Assembly: GCA_002633005.1 (NCBI GenBank)
Contig: NMRA01000089.1
Coordinates: forward strand, 939,842-1,003,841
Source of the DNA: Phoronis australis
Lineage: Eukaryota > Animalia > Phoronida
Length of the DNA: 64,000 bases
Direction of reading: 5' to 3'
In this document: in pieces, positions 14,020 to 27,748 of the stretch
How positions within the stretch are numbered: position 1 is the first letter of the stretch
Layout: each line of letters starts with the position of its first letter
Program-made: the position numbers and the translations under genes
The notes under the pieces: model-generated
Told to the model about the DNA's origin: nothing
The model's input: only the letters and a program-made list of their open reading frames with translations
Databases searched by the model: none

Positions 14020-14612
14020 TATACGGACCACGATGGATATAATTCTTTGACTTTTATGTTATCCATGTCTTGCACTTGTTCTTTTATTTGTTGTCTTGTT
14101 TTTATGATTTTCTGTAATTATTTGACTCTAAGTGAGTGATATTTATACGGCAGCCAACCTAAAAATAGGGGCCTAGTGGTCTAGACAGAATTGAGGTGGG
14201 GGAAGTAGTAAGGCAAATCCATATGCTCACTAGATATATTTAACGAGTGAGATATTGTTCACGATCAACACACGTGCCAAATAAGATATACATTTAATGA
14301 TATGTGCGCCACGAGCTCGTTACGAGAGGTGAAAGGGAGACCGCTGTAAGCGATAAAAGGTCATTTATGACGAGTCATAAAATTTCAAGTGGTAGATTGT
14401 GAATAAAAATAAGTCAAATAAAAATTGATAATCTCTGGTAAGATGGCCAATAAAAAGCGCCACACGAAAGAAATATCGTTACGAACCTGGCAATATGTGA
14501 TGGTTTTCTGACAATTTTTTGTAATAATGCAGTTGACGTACACCAACTAAGAACCAATAGCTGGCATTTTATGCTTTGTGTAATTAACGTTTCTACTGTT
14601 TTGCTTTTTCAG

Positions 14613-14972
14613 ATGTTACTGTTTCTGCCTTTGCTGTCAGTTCAACTGAGAAAGTCTATGCTCTCAACGGTGGAAACGCTACATTCAGGATAGTTTTTAC
14701 ACTGAGGACTAATGAAGTATTCAAACATTTTTTTTACAAGTGTAACGGTACTGTGATTGAAGCCCCTTCTTATCACGGGGGTAAGACTCATTACGGTGGA
14801 CTTTGTTACGTTGGGTTTTTTGGTCGTTGCCATACCGACCTAGAGCTTGGAAAAAATGACTTCACTATCACTGTTTTTAATGTTTCGTCTGCTGATGAAG
14901 GCCAGTGCTCTTTGGAAGTTCACTATAGTGCTCTCAACACTATATCTTCATTAAGCCAGCTTGTTGTGGGAA
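14613..14972 (+). CDS. Internal exon encoding the end of a signal peptide plus a V-type immunoglobulin-like domain (host cell-surface or secreted protein)
   Basis: Polypyrimidine acceptor TTTTGCTTTTTCAG|, donor |GTAAGT, 360 bp, phase 1-1, open frame: xVTVSAFAVSSTEKVYALNGGNATFRIVF...GRC...DFTITVFNVSSADEGQCSLEVHY...SQLVVG, with the A', B, D, E, F and G strand pattern of V-set Ig domains. Confidence 0.85.
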
Positions 14973-16219
14973 GTAAGTAAAATTTCGACTGCAGCATAAT
15001 TATTTATGTTTGTAACAAAATGTTTCCTTGACTAAACTTCTATACAATTAAATCCCACTTTTAGAGACGTTCAATTTAAACCATTCAAAATAAGCTGCTA
15101 CGTTAATAGTTACTTGTACATTGTATCTCCTCACCTCACTCGGCTTTATCGGTGGTGGTTGGTTGTGCCATACCTGGTAAGCGAGATATGTTAACTTAGG
15201 TGTGATTCCTAGAGAACACGCCATTGGCAGTACGACAAAACGCCCTGGGATGCCTCATTCTGTTGATGTGCATAATGCACGGTTACGGTAGCTGGAATGA
15301 CGCGTCATTAGTTAACAACGGTCATTTCTTGATTCTGATTTGGAGTTATTTCCGCCTACAATGTATTTTTGGCCATGCTATTAGAAAGAACTGGTAGCGA
15401 GACCTTGGTTCTCTGTTGAGAAGCCAAGTGTTACAGTATGCTATTGCGTAAGTACAGGTTAATAATTTTGTGATAAAACGTCACTGACAGAGTTCCCGGA
15501 TCATTGCATTTTAACTGTTTTGAAAGCAGACGGTGTATAACTGGGTTCAAGTCTGTATCCGACAGCAATTTAAACATGTTTTCTGAATCTTTGTAGCTTA
15601 TAGTCAGGTTTGTTGTGTAGTCGTGTTGGAGGAATATTTTTAGGGAAGTAGTAACTATACATTTTTAGAAACTTCATGGAACGACAAATCAAGAATTTCA
15701 TTCCAAGTGGCCATCTTGATGGCCAGTTTGTTTTTCGAAAATGGCTCGTAAAATGTATTTTGCTCAATATCCCCCCTTCCGGGTCACTTAGATTGTTGGT
15801 TTTTATAGCTATACCTAGATTCCTCACGTCAATGAATCGGAAATTTTTATTTTATTGGCAACCGTCTAGGCGGCCATCTTAGATTGTAAAAAAGGTGCCC
15901 GTAATGCATGTTCCATAGTGTCTTTTACTCTTGGATCAACCAGAATATTAGTTTTAATGCTTGCACTCAGATCTGTGTGGTCAACATATATGAAAATGTG
16001 AAATATTATTAGCAGCCGCAGTTTCTAAATGCATTGTTCATGTAATCCAACATATTTGATTACTTTCTTACTTTCCCGTATACTTTGTTTGGAGCTTGTT
16101 TCTTTCAAAACACTTAAACTAAACATTTTATTTACGTTGCAGTACATTAAAGTAGTCTGTGTAGTGTCAAAAGTCTTTCAAAACTTTGAAATGAATCAAT
16201 AGATCAATACTATGGCCAT

Positions 16220-18990
16220 ATCTTTTATCAATGTCTTCAGGAATCGCAACACCATCACCAATATGACATTCTGAACTATATTGACATGTATCTGTGTAAG
16301 GTAGGTCCTTTGATCGTCAAGAGCATCTTTGGGAAGAGCAACGTTTTTGCTCTATCGTCCAACCATCTCAATGACACATGTAGCCTCTGGAGCCGGGAGC
16401 TCATCAGTTGTTAGGTTTTCATAGGGTCACCTTTGTACGTGTAAATTCATCCTGCAATTGTTCAAGGAACTCATGTCGAGCAATGGCTGCCCTGCACTAC
16501 ACCCTGGCTTGACAAATCAACCTGAGCACATGCTGCTTCATGACAGTTTTCTTCTAAGCGCAAATCACGTCGGGTGCTCTTCCTGCACGCTGAAGCTGAA
16601 ATAATGTCACTCTTGACAGAGTCTTTGCTGTATTCAAGTGTCTTCGCAGACAGATATTCAGTAAGTTGTCATGGTAGAGGAAACGGCACATTGGGATGTT
16701 CTGTACAAAGTATCATCTCTTATCTGATACTGTAGTTGACCCTTTTTTTCTTTTCTCTCGTGGCTTGCTTCCAAGAGTTGTCTTTTTGAGTGTCAAAAAC
16801 CAGAGTGATATCGTAATTATCATATCACTTTCAAACTATCTACACGTGCAGTTTTGTGGCTTGGGAGAACGAACACACAGTGGATGCCGTTTACATGTTT
16901 TCTGGACCTTAATACTCTCTTTTAGTACATGTATGAGGGCAGTCCTGTTCTAAGACGACTACTCCCGGAAGTTTCTGCAAAATGTGGATTCGATTCGACT
17001 TGTCTGTGCATGGCAGCATTGTCCCACTGGCAGCTAATGTTGTTGGGTCCACGGAAAAATGAAGTTCGACTGTGTACGAGGTGGTTCGTTTTAACAGAAA
17101 AAGAGATGAGTATATTAAAGAATGCAAGGTCGAAAGCGACAAAAACCTTTTCTTGTCAAGCAAACAAAGCTGCATCACGTGTTTTGAAACAGCAGCGTAG
17201 ATGTTGCGATATGTCCCCATCACTTGGCTTTCAGTTATTTGATAAGCTGGTATACCCAACGCTGTGTTATGGTGCCGAGATTTGGGGATTTATAGAATCT
17301 AAGTTTTGTAAATGGACCCCCCTGGGACTTGGCAGTTCCTAATCTAACGCTGCAGTATTGGGTGAATGTGGCAGATACCCTATGCTTACGAGGTACTTTG
17401 TTAGCTGAATTAAATATTGGTTTAAACTTTTGAATATGCCACAGGAACGTTATCCAAGGGCCGTTTACAACATGTTGTACAGACTAGATGAGATTGGTAG
17501 AGATACGTATAATTGGGCAAGCTCAGTCCGCAATTTATTGTCAATGTAAGGTTTTTATGATGTTAAGGACTGTGCTTTTCAAAGGTGGCAACACTAAGAT
17601 AAAGTATTACAAAAAAATTAAGGTTATATTCAAACATGAAAATATTTAGTAATTGAAAATCTTCCAAGATTGTTCGCGCAAAGTTTTACACGTTTTCGTT
17701 GTGCAAACCATAGAATGGCAGTAGAAACTGGTCGTTACGGAAATGTGATATATCAAGACAGGTTTTGTGCAAAATGCTCGAAGAATTGCGTCGAGGATGA
17801 ATATTTGTTTTTGTTAGCTTGCGATGCTCTTTCCGAACTCAGAATTAATTTTATAATAGAGAGCCTCCGGTCAAGTCCCTTTTTGTTTAAATATCATAGA
17901 CTATTTTGTTATACCGATATACCAGTTCTGAAATATAGTATAGCACTCCAGTGATCGTCGTGTTTGCTTTTATTTTGTACTTTAGGCCGATGGCCATGTG
18001 TACAAATATAGGAAGAAGAAGGAAAACGGAAATACGATGACTAAACTAAAAGATGCAAAAATCAGAATAACGCATTCTGCGACAAATATTGCTCTTGGTG
18101 TTAGGGTGAATTCATAGAGACTGATAGCATGTTTCTGGTCAATTTGGCCATTTAACTCGACATGTACCATCACACTTGCATATTCTCCTTTCGATTCAAA
18201 GCGTCGACACGGAATTTTAGGGGTGCCTTGTTGTGTTCTGACATGAACATCATATTTTTTAGAGTTTAAATGATGACCAAAGACTTTTATCTTCATTGGT
18301 TGTCTTAGCGACATATTCTCAGTACACTGCCTGACCTTGTTATCAGCATATGATGTCCATGATCCATGCATTATGGGACATACACGTAGGCATGTGTGAT
18401 TTTGTAATACAGATGATCACTCTTCATTTTAATTTAATTGCCATGACGTAGTAAAATCTTTTTAGCTCTTAGTGTCCCAAAGACGTTGGCTTCTATCCAT
18501 ACATCATCTATGCCAATAATATCTTTGAACGCCCGAAGACCTTCCACAGATGCCATTACTGCATTCAATTCTTCAAGTCTTTGGTTCACTGTTTGCTTAC
18601 GTTGAGGTCTGGTATCTAGGGGCTGCACGAGCCTCTGGAATAGACCCGTGAAACATGAAATGACAACTGGATTCACCTCTGGAATTGACCCACATGGAAT
18701 GACAGCTAATTGTCCTTCTCCAACCAACAGCCTCCTCAACTGGCTCGTCTGCAAAACATCTGGTACCAAGTTCAACCGCTCATGGGCCACCTCTGGAAGA
18801 AGTGGTAAATTAACAAACTCAGCCAGGACGGCTCGCAGGTATCACTGAGTTGTAGAATGCCCAGCAGGCTACAACTCCCGTTTTTCTCGTCGTTGGTCCC
18901 CAGTCTATTGTCAACATTGTCTGCCATCCTACAGTGGAATGCAAAATATATTTCCATTGAGTATAGGAGAGCCGGAGTCCAAGGTGAACA
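16220..18990 (-). pseudogene. Academ-type transposase relic (transposase core, XPG-like region, Cys-rich C-terminus), interrupted by a LINE
   Basis: Motifs GIDDVWIEANVFG, IDQKHAISLYEFTLTPRAIF, GTMLPCTDKSNRIHIL, LVFDTQKDNSWKQATREK, ENCHEAA (NHEEAD-like) and PAPEA..VIEMV..CSSQRCS*RSKDLPYTDTCQYSSEC; many stops and frameshifts. Confidence 0.7.
17075..17985 (+). mobile_element. 5'-truncated non-LTR retrotransposon (RTE-X-like ORF2 C-terminus), decayed
   Basis: LFDKLVYPTLCYGAEIWG..KFCK..NAAVLGECGRYP..IKYWFKLLNM..RYP..FRCANHRMAVETGRY..RFCAKC..VEDEYLFLLAC; in-frame stops. Confidence 0.85.
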
Positions 18991-21100
18991 GTTGAAATAA
19001 TTCAAAAGATATGTCTCAAATACCTTTTCAAAAAGATAAAAATATAGATATATACTGTAAATGGATACTAATCTGCGTTTCTGTGTTTCCTCTAAATATT
19101 TTGGGAGTTCATAGCTGCTTTTGAAATAATTTAGATTTTATAGCATTTTAGAAGTATTGTGTTTTCAATCCCTTACTCACAAAATTTGAGTTCAGCAATT
19201 AAAAATTTTCTTACATTGCAATTGACCCAAGAGCAGAGATACAGAGCAAAATGTATTTTAAGTTAGCCATTTTTGAAATTCCAAGATGGCCGCCAATAAA
19301 ATTAAAATGTCCAGTTCATTGACCTCAGAATTGCACCTGCAGCAATGAAAACATTCTCAGTGACCCAAGGGCGGATATATTTTGCATAATCTATTTTTCA
19401 TGTGCACTTTGATGAAAATCCAAGATGGCCACCAAAACGGGAATCAATTGGTTTTTGATTCGTCATTCGATGAGGTTTCCAAAATCGTATAGTTTCCAGT
19501 TTCCCCACAACTGTTAAAATTTGGACACAGCGAGCCTGAATATCATGAATGGATATTTAAGAAATCATTGTTTTGTTTGGTTTTGTTTTGTTTTTTATTG
19601 TACCCTATGATATACACAAAGATGTAGGATTACGTAACGGTTGGATTTGCACAGTTCTTCTCTGCATGTAAGGTTCCATTCTACATGTACATTATGCCAT
19701 ACTTTGCAGCCTTTGACTCGAGAAAAATTCCCAGGTTGGCTAGTTTGACCCCTGGTGATACCATGTCAAACTGCTGATATAAAGTTTATCATATCTTCCT
19801 CACTAGCTTCATATTCTGTACAATGACTCATCATAGCTGCAGCTACCAACACAAGAGTAATGGACAAATGATGTGTTTTTTATACTTTAACAACAGGTCC
19901 CTTACATAAATGAATTTAAGTTTTCATTGAAAAAGTAAAGTTTTGGCGAAAGCTTAATTGGAACAAACTTAAGTTTCCATAACTTAAGTTTTCAAAAACT
20001 TGTTCTAAAAATTTAAGTTTTTCAAAAACATAAATTGTATAAATTTAAGTTTTCAGGAAACTTAAGTTTTTGAAAAACTTAAGTTTCTAGAACTTAAGTT
20101 CGTTCCAAAAACTTGTTCCAAAATACTTAAGTTTTTGGAAAACTTAAGTTTTGGACAAAGTTTTAGTAACAAACATAATTCATCAAAACTTAAGTTTTGG
20201 AAAACTGAAGTTTTGTAGAATCAATAAGTTTCAGTAGGACAGGCATTTAAATATTTCGACTTTCACTAAAACAAGAGTGGAGTACAATAACAAATTTAAT
20301 GATTCTCATACAAGATTCAACAAACTAGAGTTCTATTAACATTTCATTAACAGTGATCAGTTGCAGAAAATAAAATGCACTTCCTAAAATACACTAGTTC
20401 CTTAAAGTAAGTGAACATAAGTGAAATACCAAAATCTCAAAAACCAGAAGCATTTCAAAAATCAGTTCATCAAGTGTCATGCATACAAAGCAGTGAAAAC
20501 TAAATGAGGCTAATAATATATTCATATTTGTAAGGTTTTCAGTCTAAGACAATACGCGATAATTGAGGGAGCAAAATGGAATGTACAAACAGAGAAATAA
20601 CTACCACACGACCAAATAAAATGTTAATATATAGCCAGGAAGGACTACAACAAAAGTCTACGTTTCAACAGCACAGACTTTTGCAACTGAAATTGCAGCA
20701 ATGACACCAAGAATACCAAATATTTTAATGTGCAAAATCCAAGAATATCAGCAAAGACAAGAGCATAACATAAGACGTACATGTAAATGGTAACTTAAAG
20801 TTTATCGACAATGGCCACAGATCTGATTTTGGGAAGTACAATTCTTATGCTAGAAATAGTGCCTAGACACGCCTATCATTGTTTTCAACCTTAAAAATAT
20901 CAGTTTAAAAGTCAAAGTTTGGTTTTGTTGACAATCATAGTAACAGTAAATCCAATACACTCCATGGTGTGCACAAATTTCACTAAAAGTAACCCTAAGT
21001 ACAACCTGGTTATACGAGATGGAAATTAGAAAACTTAGACCTTTGACCACAAAAATATTATTTTTCCTTTAATTTGAAGCTACTTCATACACATATCTAT

Positions 21101-21572
21101 AGGGCCTTTTATACTAACATCGACGCGTCGAAGTTTTTGGGAGTTAATGTCAGTACGAACGCTTAAACTTTGGTCCTGGAAGGAAGTTAACAGCGCCAGG
21201 ATTTTTAAGTGCTTAGCGTCAATGCTGCCACGCAGTATAAACGATCAACTTCGGTCCTATCAAAGTTATTGCCAGGGATATCATTAACAACTACATAGTA
21301 GTGTGATGACTAATAGTTGTTTATACCTTGCTCTAATAATCTCCAATCAATTTAAAAATAAGTTTTATGTCAATGAGCACATGTAAATGTTCCCAAGTTG
21401 TCACATCTTAGCGTGCAGTGCTACCTTGCGATACCTTCGATCACGACAGCGTCACCTACTGTTTACTTCGAAGTTCATTAACTACCGAAGCCAGAATAAA
21501 CGGTCCAGTTACATTCGCAGTATATGCCGATGCTCCGCTCAGACAAGAGTTTAGTCAATGTAAAAGAGCCCT
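21101..21572. mobile_element. MITE, PIF/ISL2EU-like
   Basis: AT|AGGGCCTTTTATACTAAC ... GTCAATGTAAAAGAGCCCT|AT; its left part recurs at 31120-31218. Confidence 0.65.
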
Positions 21573-24500
21573 ATGGTAGACCACAAGCCACTCGATCTTC
21601 TTTAGGTGGCTCTGCTCGCTTAGCTTCACAGGCAACTAATCCATGTTCTGTGACTACAAACGCGCGTTTCTGAGCTCATATAACTGAATTCATAGGTTCA
21701 TAAGCTGCAGTTCGTAAGTGCGTAGGTTGTGTTGTCTGGGTAGCCTTCCTTATCCAACGATTGTTGAAGGCACACTCTGCAATAAAGACTAAAAATTTTA
21801 GTAACAGATGGGTAAAAGCTATAAGTATAAGACAACTTAACTTGCTGGATATTTATCGTGCTGTTTATACAACACTGATTTGTAAAACTTCCTGACTTAT
21901 ATACAGAGCCTAGAAAATAGTCTTCAAATTCAAAATTTAACCAATCACTCTCCAGGATTCAAGTGCAAGACTAGTCTGCAAGTTTACTTCAAGCAAGCAC
22001 TGCAGTGGGTCAGTTTTCCTCATACTGTTGTGAATGAAGTTTTAATCCTGAATTCGCGACATTCAAAACAATTTTATACTATACAACTTGAATACAAAAC
22101 ATGCACATGGTCACCTATCATGCTATCACTATCTACAACAGAACCGTGCATATGACAAAACTGAATGTGCTAATAAAAGTTGGACTTCAGGCTAACCAGG
22201 TATCATGTTCTGTAACTTTTTAGTTCAAGTTCTATGACAAATTAATTAATATTTTCATCAAATGATGAAACTGTTGGCAACTACAATAATCTACAAGTCC
22301 CATTATTTTGATGAACTTTTCATTGTTTAATTTGTTAATCTGATAAGAAAATGGACAACTCTACATAATGAGCAGAGCTAGTTGTATTTTAGCTAGTTGT
22401 CTCCAGCCAGCAAAGAACTTCTTTCTAATGTTTCATGGACTGTTAGCCGGCACAACCAGGGTTAGAACAGGAAGTTTAATCTCACATGTGTACTTCCGCA
22501 TGTACTTTTTAAAACTCATAGCAAAACCAAGAAGCTTTATATTGACTTAACCAAATGGCTACAAGAATCAGTGAGCTTGTTAGACATTATAAGACCATTT
22601 GCTAAACCAAGGACATATTTCATATTGTTTAAAATTCAAACCCTGATAGCAGCAGTAGTTTTAACTCAACAATGAAACATATGAAGCTCTACCTGCCATG
22701 TGGATGTAAACAGCCCAATGACACCCCTTGGTGATTGTTTCGATGCAAATGTTTGGATGTCTAGTTCTTCCAAGTACTCCGCCAAGTTAATAGAGACCTG
22801 AAAACAATGAGATATTAGCAAACATAACAGTATGTGATAGCTTCTTAAGAATTCAGACATAACCCATTTACAGAGAATGCTATCCATGTAACGATCAAGG
22901 GCGGTCGGTCAGATCCAGAATTTTTAAGTGGGGGTTAGAGCACAGTAGGGTTTTGCCCATCAGACATTCACGCCCTGCCCCCACCCCCANGAGAATATGC
23001 CCCTACAGACATGGGGAGATCATTCTAGTCAGTCCATATTCAACTCAACTCAACTACTATGTAAAGTTGTACCCAGATTAACTTTCACTTTCACCATAAC
23101 ATCAAACTATTTGATTTCAATAAAACTAGTCGAACTCGCATTGAATGTGAAAATTTTGAGTCTGAATATGCAAACTTTTGCGACATTCTAGTATTCCACA
23201 ACCCGGTAAAAATTCGAAAGCACACACTCAATCCCAAGGTCAAATCACACAGATTTTCCTTATTTGCATTGAATTATTTGGTGCAATAAGATAGAAATTA
23301 TGCAAGTTTCACTGTGTGTAACAATAGTTAACATGTCGTCTGGTGAGAATTCACTTGGGTACATTGTGACCTATGCAGGGGGGTATTCCAGATAGGGTAC
23401 TAGAAGTGGGATCAGAATGTCCTTTCGCTTTCAATAACCTAGATCCACCCGGCAAACCTGAGCAAATCAGTCAAAATAGGCAATCCAATAGTTACATTGG
23501 TGATTCTTAAATTTGAGAACCAGGTACATGCGCACACCTAGGGGAGGCTCGAACAAACACCCCCCCCCCACTTGCCGAAGTGGGCATGAAGAGGTGAGCC
23601 TCATAGAAACAAAAAAATGGAAAAAAGAGACCCGAGTCCACTGAAAAGCTGTATTTCAGGAATGCACTGTGCACAGCTCTGAACATAGGCCGTTTGTTTT
23701 TAGTAAAAGGTCAACATACCCAGATTTTTTAGCACCCCCCATATTTTAGGATGGGTGCGTGGATGAGGCAAGTGAACCTTGCAAATTATTGACCTGTAGC
23801 CATACGAGATTTCAAAAGCCGGAGCTTCCAAGAATTACTACGAACATAGACATAAGCACACACAACCAATGCCATACCGAACTTGGGAAATGATTACACT
23901 TTGCCTTGGTAGTCTCCCCCCTTGCATTGATCACGCTGACTGACAAAACCTAAGAAGATCCTTACAAAAATGAACTTAAGTTTTCATCGAAAAACTTAAG
24001 TTTTCGGTCTAAAAAACTTAAGTGTTCATTCGCGAAAACTTAAGTTTTTTTCGAAAACTTAAGTATTTGGAACAAGTTTTTTGGAACGAACTTAAGAGCA
24101 ATTCCAAATAAAAACCAGATGGTGGGCCATATATGCAAAATCACCAATTTTTTTGAAACATAGCATGTCGGATGACCTTGTCAAAAGAAACCTGAGCCTG
24201 AGTTTTTAAGAGTTTCCGAGTTCTTTTAAACCCTTTTTGCGACCACTTTGTACTTTTTCCGAAAAATAGCAAATAATAATACTTGGTAGTAGGTGACTTT
24301 TTGTCAGCAACAACACATCATCGCTTCATGCTATAGAAAAAAATAACTATATAGCAGAAAGAAAAAAGAATAACGTACAAGAAAAACTAGTTCGGATGGA
24401 TTTTTTAAATTTTTTATGTCCTCTCAATTTAGCCTACAAAAATGTCATTTTCACTGCTTATTGTTAAGGCCATTTTTACGCATTTTTATCACTCTCCCAA

Positions 24501-25929
24501 ATCTATATCGGATTCTTTTGGAACATGAGCTAACTTCCATCTGTTACTGCTGTCTTTGTTCAGTCCAACGCAAGAATAAAAAACCTTGTCTCTTTCATAG
24601 TTTTTGTGTTGTCAGTTTTTTACATAACTCACTTAACACACTTTTCTGCCAATCTGTGACTGTCAGGTTGAGTAAAAGACTCTAGGAGGCGCTACTCGAT
24701 TGTGCAATTATCTATCGACCAAGATGCCAAATAGTAAACAAATATCATTCGTTTTGCTACATTAGTGACGAAGGAGATCATGGGAAGCTGTATGACAGAT
24801 TTCTTCTTCGCGGATTTTCAATTTTGCTGGTGCAAAAATAAAAATTTGTTATAGTATTACAGAAATCAGAAAAGTCAATTTTAATGAACTTATGAGTTAA
24901 TAATACAACCCCATCACCATCTCATACTTCAGAGAAGCAGGTTTTATTCTTATTAAGGGTGCCCATTACCCATTGCTTGGCCAGTTTTCAAACACCGTAA
25001 CTGACTAAGAATCCCACGCACTGCCTGCAGTGCATGCTGGACCATTTTCAGACCTCCTGGACAAATCCATATATATGCGCATGAAAAAGTCCTATAAAAC
25101 TATTAGCAAAGTTCATACTAAAACTAATGAAGATCTTCGAGATCACACGTGAGAAGAGGACTGTGGATACGAGCAGAAGTGTCGTGTTATTGGACATACA
25201 AAGTGTCACGCAATGCTTCTTTTACTACACAAAAGCGACCGAGCATGGTGGCAGCGCGCCAGTGGAATTTGCAATTTCAGAAAAGTAACAGGTACGATAT
25301 TTACGATTGAAAACATAGTACTTTCAGTGATATCCAAGATACCGGCTTTCCAAACCAGTAATTAAGCAATTGGGTGTTGTTGCGACTTACCAGCTAAAAG
25401 TTTCACAATATGAAAATTCCGTTCATGCGGCGGACTCAAAACCACAGTTTCTGGAAGGTATGCTAGGTTTAGTGTATGATGCATTTCTACACAACACTTC
25501 AAAAAACTGCATTTTGTTTGAAGAAAACAAGAGCTACTGAAACACAAAGTCTTTATATTTTGCTCAGTACACATGTCTAAGATAGACGTTTCTCAAAACT
25601 CGATAATCACTCCTTTAAAATTCTCAGTAGTTTCAATCATGTAAAAGGTATGCTTTACCAGTCTCAAACTGAACATAAAACAAAAAACGCTAGTAAAAAG
25701 TGACAGAAGACTTCAATGTTGACCATCAGTGGCTTGGATTATTTTCCCCAAACGGCCACCACTCAAATCTCCCCCATGGAAGCCCCTAATTCGCGTCATA
25801 TTCCATTTTTTTTCAAATTTCGCGCAGGGTGGACCCCAGTCCCCTAGCTACGATAATGATGACCACAACAACATCGTAAGAGTAGACAACAACTAAAACA
25901 TGTTCATAATTTCCTACAGTTTATGATGA

Positions 25930-27247
25930 TAACTCATTCATGACTTCAAGCTCAACTCCGTCATTGAGGGAAACTCGTGGGCAGCAGCAGCATCAGCATC
26001 TTCAATATACTGCATATTTCCGATTCGAGACGCGACAACCATACGGTAAAAAATCCAGCAATCTGCTACTCCGACAGCAACTCTACAGAAGAGAAAACTT
26101 TTCTTTGTTTATTCCTGGCTTCTTGCACCATCTTTTCACAACCTCAGCTGGCTGTTGTTTTCTGCCTGACAGTTCACCCTCAGAAAATATATCACTGGTT
26201 AAGTCTTTACCTTCTCAGAGAAGCGGACCGCTTTTCTAGTACTTTTCAGGGCCCAATCCTGCGGCGACTTGATCAACAACGTAAACAGCTGACAACTCAG
26301 GTGATGATACAGCTGTGGTAGTGGATAAAATCTCAGATTGTCTTGAAATGTGGTCGAACTGAGTCTCGTTCTGGAGGGATGATGAATGAGCACCAACATC
26401 CAAGTGCTCACTTAGCTCAGCATCTGTAGGAAAAGATTTCGAGCACCCATAGTGTGTGCATGTGAACTTCGTATGACGCTCACGGGATACCAGCCCCTAC
26501 TCAACCCTTGGAGTTGTAAAACACTCGAGTTTGCAAGGTCAAGACTTTTCAGAGGCAACAGGTTACATGACTTGTTGATGACAAGTTTTCCCTCCCCTAC
26601 TCTATGGGCCTTCCATGCTCGAATGCCATCTACGGAATACTCAAAGTTTGTCAGCAAATTTATCCCTGGGATACTGTGCTTGGGAAGGACCTTTGTGGCA
26701 TTCACACTACAGGACGACACCTAACAGCCTTTGACATCTCCTCTAGACTCTGGCGCACGTTTCAGGTCGACTGCATTTTGAACGTTGTTGCCTTCATTGA
26801 CGAAGTACTTGGCATGGGCCTTCAAGGGTGCGATTTTCCTGTCACAGATGTCTTTTCCCTTCTGACTTTCACTAAAGTCGTAGCGCAGAATGGAGATGCC
26901 GGTGTTACCAGTTATGTAGAACAAATGAATCAGAAGGGCGGCTGAATGGTAACAATTGGCATTGTCGGAGCGTAGGAAAGCTTCGTTATTTGTGGATCCC
27001 TAGCTTTCACCTGCCTTAGCACATCTAGCTTTAAACAGCAAACAGTGAAAAAGTCTTGCTTGCAGGCATCTAGAGTATGGATGTAAGTATGTACCTGAAA
27101 TAAAATAATTATATAACTCAAATAGGTAAGCTAGTTTAAAGAACTACCTTATTATATCTTATTACCACCCCTAAACCGCAGTCACACCAGTCAACTTCAA
27201 ACATGGTTCGTCTCAACATGGTTATTATATCTGTAGCTCCTTCAAAA
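25930..27247 (-). pseudogene. Sola3-like transposase relic (catalytic region to C-terminus)
   Basis: HTYIHTLDACKQD, LRSDNANCYH, RYDFSESQKGKDICDRKIAPLKAH..VNEGNNV, IPGINLLTNFEY..GIRAWKAHRVGEGK, EHLDVGAH, WALKSTRKAVRFSEK; stops and frameshifts; probable intron acceptor near 27096. Confidence 0.75.
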
Positions 27248-27748
27248 NNNNNNNNNNNNNNNNNNNNNNNNNNNNNNNNNNNNNNNNNNNNNNNNNNNNN
27301 NNNNNNNNNNNNNNNNNNNNNNNNNNNNNNNNNNNNNNNNNNNNNNNNNNNNNNNNNNNNNNNNNNNNNNNNNNNNNNNNNNNNNNNNNNNNNNNNNNNN
27401 NNNNNNNNNNNNNNNNNNNNNNNNNNNNNNNNNNNNNNNNNNNNNNNNNNNNNNNNNNNNNNNNNNNNNNNNNNNNNNNNNNNNNNNNNNNNNNNNNNNN
27501 NNNNNNNNNNNNNNNNNNNNNNNNNNNNNNNNNNNNNNNNNNNNNNNNNNNNNNNNNNNNNNNNNNNNNNNNNNNNNNNNNNNNNNNNNNNNNNNNNNNN
27601 NNNNNNNNNNNNNNNNNNNNNNNNNNNNNNNNNNNNNNNNNNNNNNNNNNNNNNNNNNNNNNNNNNNNNNNNNNNNNNNNNNNNNNNNNNNNNNNNNNNN
27701 NNNNNNNNNNNNNNNNNNNNNNNNNNNNNNNNNNNNNNNNNNNNNNNN
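27248..27748. other. Assembly gap (~500 N)
   Basis: Run of N. Confidence 1.

Larger units (their letters stand above)
15600..19560 (-). mobile_element. Degenerate Academ-like DNA transposon (boundaries approximate)
   Basis: CAAGATGGCCRCC motifs in inverted orientation at the two ends (15707 and 15869 versus 19282 and 19421) enclose the transposase relic. Confidence 0.55.

Noticed and set aside
22898-23765. Two possible small hAT-like MITEs (22898-23006, 23527-23765)
   Set aside because: Termini are too degenerate and no TSD could be confirmed.
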